Virus record (IMG/VR): IMGVR_UViG_3300031857_000140
Location: 2,017 to 66,016 of that record
Length of the DNA stretch: 64,000 nt
DNA from: a virus
Lineage: Duplodnaviria; Caudoviricetes
Direction: 5' to 3' (one strand)
Made by a program: the position numbers and the translations under genes. Shown one piece after another: positions 21,029 to 29,883 of this stretch. The notes beneath the pieces were generated by a model. It was given only the letters and a program-made list of their open reading frames with translations, was not told where the DNA came from and did no database searches. Positions within the stretch are counted from its first letter, which is position 1, and each line of letters begins with the position of its first letter.

Positions 21029-24000
21029 TGGAAGACGAACTCATTTTGTCTGAGCAAGACCGAGGAAGGCTTGACGACATTGTTAGCAAGATGGTTGCCA
21101 ACAAAGAGTCGGATGCCAACATTCAGTTTGTTGTAAATGACTTCAAGCAGAAGTATTCCGTAAAAAAAAAAGAACCTTCCGAATCCACCGAGGTGGAGGC
21201 AGGTATGGAATCAGCTACAAAGGCTGGTTCTTCGGTATCTCCCGAAACTCAGCCTAAAAAGAAGGTAACCATAACTACTCCCGATGGCAAGCCAGCCATC
21301 GTGGAGTGGGGTCCTACTGAGTTCAAGAGCTCGGATGAGGCTCCTGTGCCCGATATGCGTCTATCTGACATCTTGGGCAACGTAGATGCAACCATTGACG
21401 AGGCAACAAAGAAAAAGCTCGCTGCTGCTATTGGTGTTACCGGCGGTGTCATTACCAAGGTCATTGGGCAGAACCCACTAAAGACTACTGGAGAGGCTAT
21501 TCAGGATGCTCAAAAGTTTGCCGAGAATACGGCAACAGCTTACAACGTAGGCGCGCTTGAAGCACAAATACTCAACAATCTTTCAGACAATGTTCCTGAT
21601 TTTGAGAGAGTTGCTGCACTTAGAAAAAAACAAAACGAAGAATCAAGCAAGCTGTTGTCCACTCAGATGAAGGGACAAGGCTTTGGCGATTTCTTTGACT
21701 TAATGTCTACCAATCCAGCCACCTATCTCGCCGAGGTACTTACTAACTCAGCAACACGAGTTGCAGGAGGACTTGGTTCTCTGCAGGCGGAAGAGATTCC
21801 TCTTGTCGCTGGCCTTGGTGCATTTACTGCCGGAGCTGGCGCACGTGGATACCTTGCTGGGCGTAACAGCCTTGCCGCAGAGATGTCATCTCGTACGCTT
21901 GACAAGCTTGAAGAGAAGGGTGTAGATGTTACAGATGCCAAACAGCTTCGTACAGCATTCCAGAATAAGGAGCTTATGGATGCCGTGGCTAAAGAAATTC
22001 AGGCCCCTTCTAATTTTGTTGCTGCTCTTGATGTTGTCAGCGCTATGGCTGCCGGAGGAATGGGTGGCCCCGTAAAAGAACTTGCTGCTCAAGCCGCCGC
22101 AGGTATGACTGGAGAGGCTGGAGCTCAGCTTATTGAATCTGGAAAGATTACATCTCCAGCGGCAATTCTTACCGAAGGTATTGCTGAAATACCTGGCGGT
22201 ATCGTAGAAATTGGTGCGGCAGCTAAGACTAAAGACTTAGCTCGTAAAGCTGAAATCAACAAGGAAATCAAGGACATTGAGGCTCAGATTGAAACCACTG
22301 AAGACCAAGATACTAAAGACATTCTCCTTGATGAACTCAATAAGCGCCGCACAGAGAAGAATCAGATATTCAAAGAGTTTGCAGATTTTGCAAATTCACT
22401 AACCGAGGAGCAGCAGGCTGAACTCAGCGACTTGAACAAAGAGTTCGTTAAAGTCACACGGGCGCTTGATAATATGCCCGTTGAGTCTGTGCGAAAATCG
22501 CTAACCGAACAGCGCGCTGCAATCATTGAAAAGATTGCAGCGCTAGAAAATCAAGTAACACCTAAAACCGAAACAGATGCCGTTCAAGAGCAAGCAGCAG
22601 GTGAAGTACCTGTTCAGCCAGGAGCCACAGTTGGCGAAGAAGTGGCGCAAGGAGAACCCCAAGCAGAACCTCAAGGCCCTGCCGAAGAAGGTCAAGCCGC
22701 AGAAGAAGTCGTAGCGGAGGCGGCCCCTGAGGAGGCCGCTCCTGCTACCCAAGAGTTAAACGAGCAAGACCTGCCGGGTTTTGACCGCATGATGACTGAG
22801 CTTGATGGAGTAGTTAAGAAGTCCGAACAGCGAAGAGCATCACGCGCAAAGATTTTTGAGAACGCCATGAACTACGTCGTAGGCTCTAAGGCCTACGAGG
22901 ACGCAACAGATGTGCAGCGTGAATCACTGGTGCGCATGGTCAACAAGATGTTTGGCAAGCGCGAGAAGTCAGCTCCTTCTGTTGGTCGTTTGTTTGGTGC
23001 CGTTAAGGACATCAACAAAATCACGATGGCTGAATCAGAGCTGTTGAAGAATCAGATTCGCAGCGCAGCTCGTGGTGCCAAAGAAGCAAAGACCGCAATC
23101 TCAAACGCAAGCAAGCAGGTTTCTGATTCGCTGAAAGACCTTATCACCAAGGGACAGATTACCGTCAAGCAAGCAGGTGCACTCGTTAAGCGCTTCTCTC
23201 GCGTGAATCCTCTTGACGATGCGTCAATAGACCGATTTGTAAACTACGCGACCAAGGTCTTCCAGAACGCTGAATACGATGACATTGTACGAAATCTTGA
23301 GAGCAACGCCAAGAAAGCCAAGAAGAATTCACAGACCAAGCTTGGCATCTCTGAGGGTCTTGTTCAGCCGTTGCTCCGAATCTTCAGCATCAAGCCGGAC
23401 TCCATCCCTGATGCAGTGTTTGATACCTATCGTGAACTTGTTGACGTAATGTCAAAGCGAAAGGCTGTACTGGAACTTCCGGAGATTCAATCTCTTCGTG
23501 AAAAGGCCAAGTCAGTAATTGACGCTGTTGACTTTGAGCTTTCAATGGTTCCGTCGTTAGCTGAAGCGTTTAACGCATACGCTGGAAAGGTCCTGACCAA
23601 AGAAGGAAAGATTGACTATGCCGCCACCGTTAACAAGATGGTGAGGGAAGGAGCTGTTACCGACGACCAAGGTCAGATTCTTCGTGACTTCCGCTCTTCA
23701 GTTCTTCCTCGTGCTGAGAAGACCGAGCGTTCTGAAGCAGAGATTCAAGAGGAGCGTGAGCTGCTGATGGAAATCATCTCTGAGTCAGATGTCAATGCCA
23801 GTGAGCTCCCAAGTAAGGATGAGCGCGAGCTTGCTCAAAAGCTCGCAGACCTAATCAAGACTGATGCTGTTGAGTCTCTTGACAACGACCAGCTCAACAA
23901 CCTTGTCCGTGTGATTGACAACATCAACAACGGATACTTGCCTCACTACGCACAGCTAATGGTTGAGCGCCTTACAGCGCTCAATGACGCAGACACTCTT

Positions 24001-26532
24001 GCAGGAGCCATTGAATCTGCTAAGCCTCTCACCGTAAGTGGAGCGATTGGCAAGGTCAAGTCTTTGTTTACAGGTAAGAAGCCTATTGCTGAGATGATTC
24101 GCCGTAACCCACTGTTCTACATTGACCAGTTGTTTGGCAACTTCAAGAGCAAGGACATCTTCAATTCCGTCTTTGGCGCAGTGTCTCGTGCGCAGTCTAA
24201 GTTTGAATACGCATCCAACAGCATTCGTAACCGACTGAATGACGCAGAGGAAAAAGTATTTGCGTCATTTGATTATGACGGAGATGCTACTACTCTCTCT
24301 CGCTTTAAGATGATGACTTACTTGCGTGAGCTTGAGTTCTTGTCTAATCCAGAAAGCAATCAAGTAAATCCTGCTATTGCTTACCTGCAAGCTACCATAG
24401 ACCAGATTGAATCAGGTCGTTCCATCTATGGAGACAAAGATGCCGAGAAGCTTCAGAGCATATTAGACAAATACGCTAAGGATGGTAACATCGACATGGA
24501 AGCACTGTACGCTTCATTCAATCCTGCGGAAAAGGCTGCTATTGAGGAGATTCAAAAGATAAACACTGAGCTTCGCGACAAGGCTGTACACACGGCTGTC
24601 GTAATCCGCGGTGATAAGATTACTCCTTTGGAGAACTACGTTCACCTAAACGTGCTTCACGAGCATCGTGCAGAAGAGGCACTGATGGGTGATATGTTCA
24701 TCAATGACTACAACAATTCACTTCGTCCTTCTACACGTGCTAAGTCGTTGATTGAGCGAACTGGAACAGTATCGCCAATAAACTTTGACGTGTTCTCGTC
24801 TACGGCTCGCGGAGCAAACTATGTCCTGATGGACTACTACCTCACTGAGCCTGTCCGTACCGCGCGTAAGATGTTCAATGAGACTGGAAAGATGCTCAAA
24901 GAGGATGGCGCTTCAAAGGAAAAGAAGGAGATGCTTAATGCAATCGAAGGCGTTTTTGAGGAGTCAATAGATAACCTCCTTGGAAAGAACTTCACATCAA
25001 GCTCGTTTGCTGATGAGGTCGCTGACTTTGCCTCTCGTCAGGGATACCGTGCAATTTTGGCAAGCTTTCCGCGCTTCGTTGGTGAACTTATTTCCAACCT
25101 TGGATTTGCTGCTATTGTGGCCCCGCAGGACATGGCTACTGGCATGGCTATGCGTGATGTAGTGCTATCGGCTGATGGAGCTAACATTATGAACGCTGTT
25201 GGAAGTAAGCAGACAACCAGACTATACCCCAACGACAGCCTCAGTGGTCGATTGATTGACACGTCAATCATGAACCAGGCTGCCGGAGCAAAAGGTAGCC
25301 GCTCAAAGTCTGATGTAGCGAACAGAATCCAGAAGATGTACAACGTATTTAAGGTTAGAAAATACGTTAATGCTGTTGCTGTTGCCTCTGATGCCCTCAT
25401 ATCTACGCCTGATAAGCTCGTTATGCGACCTCTTTGGTTTGGTTCGTTTGTCAATGAGTTTAAAAAGGCCTCCGGTGGGGTAGAGCCTGACCTCAATCTT
25501 ATTGCTCAGAACGATGAGCAGTACATGAACGACAACAAAGCAGCCATTGAGGCTGCTACCAAGGCAGCCGACGAGAAGTCAATCTTTGCTGGTGCTTCTG
25601 ATAACGCATTCACCGGAATCCTAAAAGGTGTTCCAGCGAAAAACCAGAAGGCATACGTTCAGTACTTCAACCGATTCAACAGCTTCATGACTCGGTTCTT
25701 GATTTATGAATACGTTACTGCCCGCACTGGAATCTATGCAGCTATGGGCAACGGTTCAGTGTCTCGCAAGCAGGGTGTAGCCCTGCTCGCAGGTGTTACG
25801 ACGCGCATGGTAATGTACTCTATGCTCATCCCAATCCTCAATGAACTGATGATAAGTATGTTCAGCGATGCTGAGGAAGAGGACGACAAGACGTTGTTCC
25901 AGCGCTTGTCTCAGGGAACAATCTCTGCCGTTAGCTCGCTGTTGCTTGGTCGTGACTTTGGAAACATCATCAAGGTACCTGTATCGTACGGCGTAGAGCG
26001 AGTGAACAAAGAGTATCTTGACTTCCTTCGTGACGGAGAGTACGACCCATATCAAGACCAAATTATGTTCTCACAGATTCCTGTAGAGGAACGTGGAAAC
26101 AAAGGGGTAAACATTCAGGACTTCTTGATAAATATGCTTGGTCCAATTGCTCCGGCTGTGCGCACTTCGATATTCGCCATTGAAAAGATGACGGCTCCAG
26201 AGAAGAAGGAAGCTGATGCGATTTCTCGTGCGGAGAAAGAGAAGGCAATTCGTATCCCTCTCGAGGTACTTGGTCAGATGGGACTCATACCTCTCTACAA
26301 GGACATCCGTAAGGTGGCTCTTGCTGAGATGTATAAGGGCCTGAAGAATCCGAAAGCTACAGGTGGCTTTGACAAGATTAGCAAAACAGATATGCAGCTC
26401 TTGTACCCGGAACTCTATCAACAGCTCTACGGACAAGATGGCCTTATGCTTGAATATGAAGCAGTTAATCGTGAGATTGAACGCGAGCGGAAGCGGCTCT
26501 TAGAAGCCGCTAAAGACCAGTCGGCAAGGTAG
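21028..26532 (+). CDS. Giant internal virion / ejection protein (1834 aa)
   Basis: Size, Gly/Ala membrane-like segments, acidic linker, last gene of the tail block. Confidence 0.65.
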   Translation: MEDELILSEQDRGRLDDIVSKMVANKESDANIQFVVNDFKQKYSVKKKEPSESTEVEAGMESATKAGSSVSPETQPKKKVTITTPDGKPAIVEWGPTEFKSSDEAPVPDMRLSDILGNVDATIDEATKKKLAAAIGVTGGVITKVIGQNPLKTTGEAIQDAQKFAENTATAYNVGALEAQILNNLSDNVPDFERVAALRKKQNEESSKLLSTQMKGQGFGDFFDLMSTNPATYLAEVLTNSATRVAGGLGSLQAEEIPLVAGLGAFTAGAGARGYLAGRNSLAAEMSSRTLDKLEEKGVDVTDAKQLRTAFQNKELMDAVAKEIQAPSNFVAALDVVSAMAAGGMGGPVKELAAQAAAGMTGEAGAQLIESGKITSPAAILTEGIAEIPGGIVEIGAAAKTKDLARKAEINKEIKDIEAQIETTEDQDTKDILLDELNKRRTEKNQIFKEFADFANSLTEEQQAELSDLNKEFVKVTRALDNMPVESVRKSLTEQRAAIIEKIAALENQVTPKTETDAVQEQAAGEVPVQPGATVGEEVAQGEPQAEPQGPAEEGQAAEEVVAEAAPEEAAPATQELNEQDLPGFDRMMTELDGVVKKSEQRRASRAKIFENAMNYVVGSKAYEDATDVQRESLVRMVNKMFGKREKSAPSVGRLFGAVKDINKITMAESELLKNQIRSAARGAKEAKTAISNASKQVSDSLKDLITKGQITVKQAGALVKRFSRVNPLDDASIDRFVNYATKVFQNAEYDDIVRNLESNAKKAKKNSQTKLGISEGLVQPLLRIFSIKPDSIPDAVFDTYRELVDVMSKRKAVLELPEIQSLREKAKSVIDAVDFELSMVPSLAEAFNAYAGKVLTKEGKIDYAATVNKMVREGAVTDDQGQILRDFRSSVLPRAEKTERSEAEIQEERELLMEIISESDVNASELPSKDERELAQKLADLIKTDAVESLDNDQLNNLVRVIDNINNGYLPHYAQLMVERLTALNDADTLAGAIESAKPLTVSGAIGKVKSLFTGKKPIAEMIRRNPLFYIDQLFGNFKSKDIFNSVFGAVSRAQSKFEYASNSIRNRLNDAEEKVFASFDYDGDATTLSRFKMMTYLRELEFLSNPESNQVNPAIAYLQATIDQIESGRSIYGDKDAEKLQSILDKYAKDGNIDMEALYASFNPAEKAAIEEIQKINTELRDKAVHTAVVIRGDKITPLENYVHLNVLHEHRAEEALMGDMFINDYNNSLRPSTRAKSLIERTGTVSPINFDVFSSTARGANYVLMDYYLTEPVRTARKMFNETGKMLKEDGASKEKKEMLNAIEGVFEESIDNLLGKNFTSSSFADEVADFASRQGYRAILASFPRFVGELISNLGFAAIVAPQDMATGMAMRDVVLSADGANIMNAVGSKQTTRLYPNDSLSGRLIDTSIMNQAAGAKGSRSKSDVANRIQKMYNVFKVRKYVNAVAVASDALISTPDKLVMRPLWFGSFVNEFKKASGGVEPDLNLIAQNDEQYMNDNKAAIEAATKAADEKSIFAGASDNAFTGILKGVPAKNQKAYVQYFNRFNSFMTRFLIYEYVTARTGIYAAMGNGSVSRKQGVALLAGVTTRMVMYSMLIPILNELMISMFSDAEEEDDKTLFQRLSQGTISAVSSLLLGRDFGNIIKVPVSYGVERVNKEYLDFLRDGEYDPYQDQIMFSQIPVEERGNKGVNIQDFLINMLGPIAPAVRTSIFAIEKMTAPEKKEADAISRAEKEKAIRIPLEVLGQMGLIPLYKDIRKVALAEMYKGLKNPKATGGFDKISKTDMQLLYPELYQQLYGQDGLMLEYEAVNREIERERKRLLEAAKDQSAR

Positions 26533-26574
26533 TTCGGCCTTAATATCTTTTCTGTGCCCATGTATTTTTGCTGC

Positions 26575-26793
26575 ATGGGATGGAAGGAGATTTTCAAGAA
26601 TAGTAACGACTACAACGAGAAGAACATACTCGGTGCTTTGTCGTTTGCAGTGATGGTTATGGTGATGATTGCCGACCTCGTAACGGGAGTTATGGGCACG
26701 CATCTTCCCCTTAACGAATACGTATACAACAGCTTTGTAATAGTAACTCTGGGTTGCTTTGGCATCTCAGGAATAGAGAAATTCGCTAAGTAA
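26575..26793 (+). CDS. Putative holin
   Basis: Two hydrophobic helices; ATG just after TATTTTTG at 26563. Confidence 0.55.
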   Translation: MGWKEIFKNSNDYNEKNILGALSFAVMVMVMIADLVTGVMGTHLPLNEYVYNSFVIVTLGCFGISGIEKFAK

Positions 26794-27044
26794 TGAAAAT
26801 GCCCGTGTCATTCGACCAGTTCCAAAAGCATCCGGTCGCTGCCATCGCCTTCATCGCGCTTGTCGCAATCGGCTATCTTTACGTAGACCAGAAGATGACT
26901 AATGGTAAGATAGATGACCGATGCCAAACAAGGGTAACGGAGCTTGAAGTAAAGGTCGACAAATATGTTGAGCATATTCGTCGCCTCGATTCAGCTCTCG
27001 CTTACACAAGTGCTAAAAACGAAATGCTCATACAGACCAAATGA
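26793..27044 (+). CDS. Membrane protein, lysis module
   Basis: One TM helix plus coiled coil; overlapping start/stop. Confidence 0.6.
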   Translation: MKMPVSFDQFQKHPVAAIAFIALVAIGYLYVDQKMTNGKIDDRCQTRVTELEVKVDKYVEHIRRLDSALAYTSAKNEMLIQTK

Positions 27045-27382
27045 CACGCTCAATTCTCTTCCTCGCTGCAGGAATCACTGTAGGTGCCCTCATCGCCAAG
27101 AAACAAGAACCAGAAAAGCCTGTTGACCCCGTTGATTTGATTATTGAGAAATCAAATCAGACCATGAAGCAAGCAAGCGAAGTGTCCGCAAAGGCAGACA
27201 AGCAAGTAGCCAAAAGCATCGGAGAGATGAAGCAGACCATTCAGGTTCTGGAAGAGGAGAAGGAACAGTTGGTTGAACAAGTAAAGGTCATGCAAGATGA
27301 GATTGTTGCCGTTAAGTCTGCTCCTGTGCAGCCTTTCGATGTACTCGCAATCGGTGTACCCGATACAGCGAGTAGAAAATAA
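27041..27382 (+). CDS. Membrane-anchored coiled-coil protein (i-spanin-like)
   Basis: N-terminal anchor plus long coiled coil. Confidence 0.45.
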   Translation: MTRSILFLAAGITVGALIAKKQEPEKPVDPVDLIIEKSNQTMKQASEVSAKADKQVAKSIGEMKQTIQVLEEEKEQLVEQVKVMQDEIVAVKSAPVQPFDVLAIGVPDTASRK

Positions 27383-27662
27383 AGACACCGTAGTCGTAAT
27401 GACTAAGGCACAAGCGATTGCGATGAACAATCGCTTTCTTTCCATGGACTCAACAATCAAAGCATACGATGAAGCCTACAAACTCAAGTATTTTCAGTAT
27501 CATAGCGCAAGCCAAGCTTTGGCTCGCCAAGATTCAATCATTGCTGAACTCAATCGACAGCTCCTCGTCAAGCCCTCGTTCAAAAAAATGACGCAACAGG
27601 ACGTTTTCATGTCCGTGTATTTCATCGTATTTTCGTCGGCCCTAATGTACTTGACGCTGTGA
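27297..27662 (+). CDS. Exported/membrane protein, lysis module
   Basis: Signal-peptide-like N-terminus, coiled coil, C-terminal TM; overlaps upstream gene. Confidence 0.5.
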   Translation: MRLLPLSLLLCSLSMYSQSVYPIQRVENKDTVVVMTKAQAIAMNNRFLSMDSTIKAYDEAYKLKYFQYHSASQALARQDSIIAELNRQLLVKPSFKKMTQQDVFMSVYFIVFSSALMYLTL

Positions 27663-28102
27663 AATGGTTCTCTCTGGTTATCGCAATCCCCTTACTCGTT
27701 GGGTGTTCGGCAGAATGGCATCTAAAGAAGGCCATCAAGAAGAACCCCGCATTGTTGTCGGAGCCCACGGTTGTTACGAAATGGGACACGATTACGATGC
27801 CGCCGATAACCATCGTGGACACGCTGGAGATACCAGCGGTTGGCGACAGCTCCGTAATAGAAAACGACTCACTACAAGTAGTCGTTAAGACCGTAGTCGA
27901 CCAGAACGGAAACAAGCGTCTGTCCGTTTCGGCTAAGACAAAAACCATCCGGGTTCCCCATTATGTCAAGGTAGAATGCCCACCACAGGTTAAGCTGTTG
28001 GCCATTCCTTGGTACTACAAAGTGTACAAGGTGTCATTTTTCATCTTGATACTCCTGCTGATTGTGGCTCTTGCTCGGCGCATCAGCTCATCCATTGTTT
28101 AA
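27659..28102 (+). CDS. Lipoprotein with C-terminal TM helix (u-spanin-like)
   Basis: Lipobox LLVG-C, beta-rich middle, C-terminal FFILILLLIVAL. Confidence 0.55.
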   Translation: MKWFSLVIAIPLLVGCSAEWHLKKAIKKNPALLSEPTVVTKWDTITMPPITIVDTLEIPAVGDSSVIENDSLQVVVKTVVDQNGNKRLSVSAKTKTIRVPHYVKVECPPQVKLLAIPWYYKVYKVSFFILILLLIVALARRISSSIV

Positions 28103-28163
28103 CCAAAAAATATAACTACCTTTGAATCAGGAAGTAACGGCTATTGCCAAAAAGAAACTACCA

Positions 28164-28367
28164 ATGGAATGGGAATACTACACCAATCCGAGCAAGAAAA
28201 TCCAGATTGACAACCTTCTTGAGAAGGCAGCTTCGGTGTTCGCAAACTGCGACTCTACCAAAGAAGCGCGCGCTGAAGCACGTAGTCAGGAAAAGAAAAT
28301 CTTGAGCGAGATTGCTAAAATTGATGCCCTCTTCGCTGAGCGATGCGGGTGCAACGAGCTATACTAA
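28164..28367 (+). CDS. Hypothetical protein
   Basis: ORF downstream of TACCTTTG at 28117; last plus-strand gene. Confidence 0.55.
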   Translation: MEWEYYTNPSKKIQIDNLLEKAASVFANCDSTKEARAEARSQEKKILSEIAKIDALFAERCGCNELY

Positions 28368-29324
28368 ACCCTTTAGTCGCTCCTTGTTGATTTGGGAGAT
28401 GTCGTAGTGCTTTTTACAGTACTCATATAGCTCCCCAGCAAGGTTTTGCGCCTTCTCTAACGTCATCTCGGCAACAGCTTTTCTCCAGTCTTCTGGAGTA
28501 TTGCAGAGTATTCCCGTCTTATTGTGGATGATTGCCTCCTTGTACGGCGTAGTATTCGAAGCGATGATTGCTGTCTTGGTATATCCAGCCTCAACCACCT
28601 TTAGTTCGGACTTGCAGCGATTGAACTTGTTGTTGAGCAGCGGAGCCAGAGCCACATCAAAGTGGCGATAGAGCTGCGCGTATAGGTGGATGTCCAGAGG
28701 ATACATCGTGTACTTAGCACGAAGAAGGTCTGGATAGTCCATAAGGTTCATGCAGTACAGCTCGTAATCCTCAAAGGTCATGCCCATTGAGAGCAGGTCA
28801 TTGCGGTGCCCGTTGGCACCGAGGTAGCCAAAACGAACCAGTCCCTTTGGGTTAGCATCCTTCTCCTGCTCGGCCCATTGCTTTTCCTTTTCGTATACCG
28901 TATTTGGAATGATTCTAAATAAGGCATTCTTGTTTACCTTCCGCATCTTGTGTTCGAGTACCGGGGATGGCGTCCAAATCTCATCTGCGATGCGTATGCT
29001 GGCGAGGATTTCTCGCGACACTTGCTTCTTGTAGAACTCCTTGGCTGGGTTGTCGTCGGGCAGTTCCCAGAAGTCATCGTTGTCAAGGATAAGCTTGACC
29101 TTGTAGCGCTTGAGCCAACGCTTGAATGCGTTGTAGTTAGAGACGGTGCAACGGCGAGACACTACTACCGAACTTACTTGGGTCATATCAAACTCCTTGA
29201 GCTCGTCAAAGCTGGCGAAGAAGTGGATATTGATTCCCTCCTCCGCTTTAAGGCGGAGGAAGGGAGTCATCAATCTGTGGTAGTTGATGCCGTTTAGGCC
29301 ATCAAGGAATATCAATGTTATCAT
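28359..29324 (-). CDS. Glycosyltransferase (GT-B, GT4-like)
   Basis: GINYHRL..P, LDNDD, APL..NKFNRCKSELKVVEAG..IASNTTPY, TGIL. Confidence 0.8.
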   Translation of the reverse strand: MITLIFLDGLNGINYHRLMTPFLRLKAEEGINIHFFASFDELKEFDMTQVSSVVVSRRCTVSNYNAFKRWLKRYKVKLILDNDDFWELPDDNPAKEFYKKQVSREILASIRIADEIWTPSPVLEHKMRKVNKNALFRIIPNTVYEKEKQWAEQEKDANPKGLVRFGYLGANGHRNDLLSMGMTFEDYELYCMNLMDYPDLLRAKYTMYPLDIHLYAQLYRHFDVALAPLLNNKFNRCKSELKVVEAGYTKTAIIASNTTPYKEAIIHNKTGILCNTPEDWRKAVAEMTLEKAQNLAGELYEYCKKHYDISQINKERLKGLV

Positions 29325-29529
29325 CGTAGTATTCCAACAGCGCAGCTCGAATCATATCGAACTCTCCGTCGATGTCTCTTTTGAATTTACGTATAGTATT
29401 GTGCAGTCTGTCGGCGTCAACCCTTGGACTTCCTTCGTCGTTGTGCAGGCTTTCGTACAGGTTGGTCGCTGCATTCGCTATCCTCGACGTTGCCAAGAAG
29501 TATGTCCGACTCAATTCCTCTTTGTCCAT
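29302..29529 (-). CDS. Hypothetical protein
   Basis: ORF packed between glycosyltransferase and resolvase. Confidence 0.55.
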   Translation of the reverse strand: MDKEELSRTYFLATSRIANAATNLYESLHNDEGSPRVDADRLHNTIRKFKRDIDGEFDMIRAALLEYYDDNIDIP

Positions 29530-29878
29530 GGGATATGATGGTAGCTATAAATTGCTCTTTGGGTAGAGATGGGTCGAATCTTGTTTCTTGCGAGAGATAG
29601 TACTTCGGAGTATCGTCAGGAATATGACCGTGATTTCGAAGATAATCAGCAAGGAACTTACTGCAGCAAATAGCGTTGTCAACATCATAGCGGCAGTTGT
29701 AGCGAACAGCAATCGAAATTCTTTCCAGGCGAAACTTACCGTAAGGTGCAAGCGCAACAGCGATGGCCTTCCAGTATGATTCTTTGTGCTTCTTTCTGAC
29801 CATGAAATGTCTCCCTGCATAATATGCATTAAGGCTTGGCGGCTTTGGTAGAGCAATTTCAATAGTCCCATTGTTCAC
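29417..29878 (-). CDS. RusA-like Holliday junction resolvase
   Basis: PPSLNAYY...RYDVDN...K...D.L...IPDD. Confidence 0.7.
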   Translation of the reverse strand: MNNGTIEIALPKPPSLNAYYAGRHFMVRKKHKESYWKAIAVALAPYGKFRLERISIAVRYNCRYDVDNAICCSKFLADYLRNHGHIPDDTPKYYLSQETRFDPSLPKEQFIATIISHGQRGIESDILLGNVEDSECSDQPVRKPAQRRRKSKG

Positions 29879-29883
29879 TACCT

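Noticed and set aside
21162-21171. A10 run as a frameshift or phase-variation site in the giant protein
   Set aside because: The frame stays open (VKKKE) and no alternative product is evident
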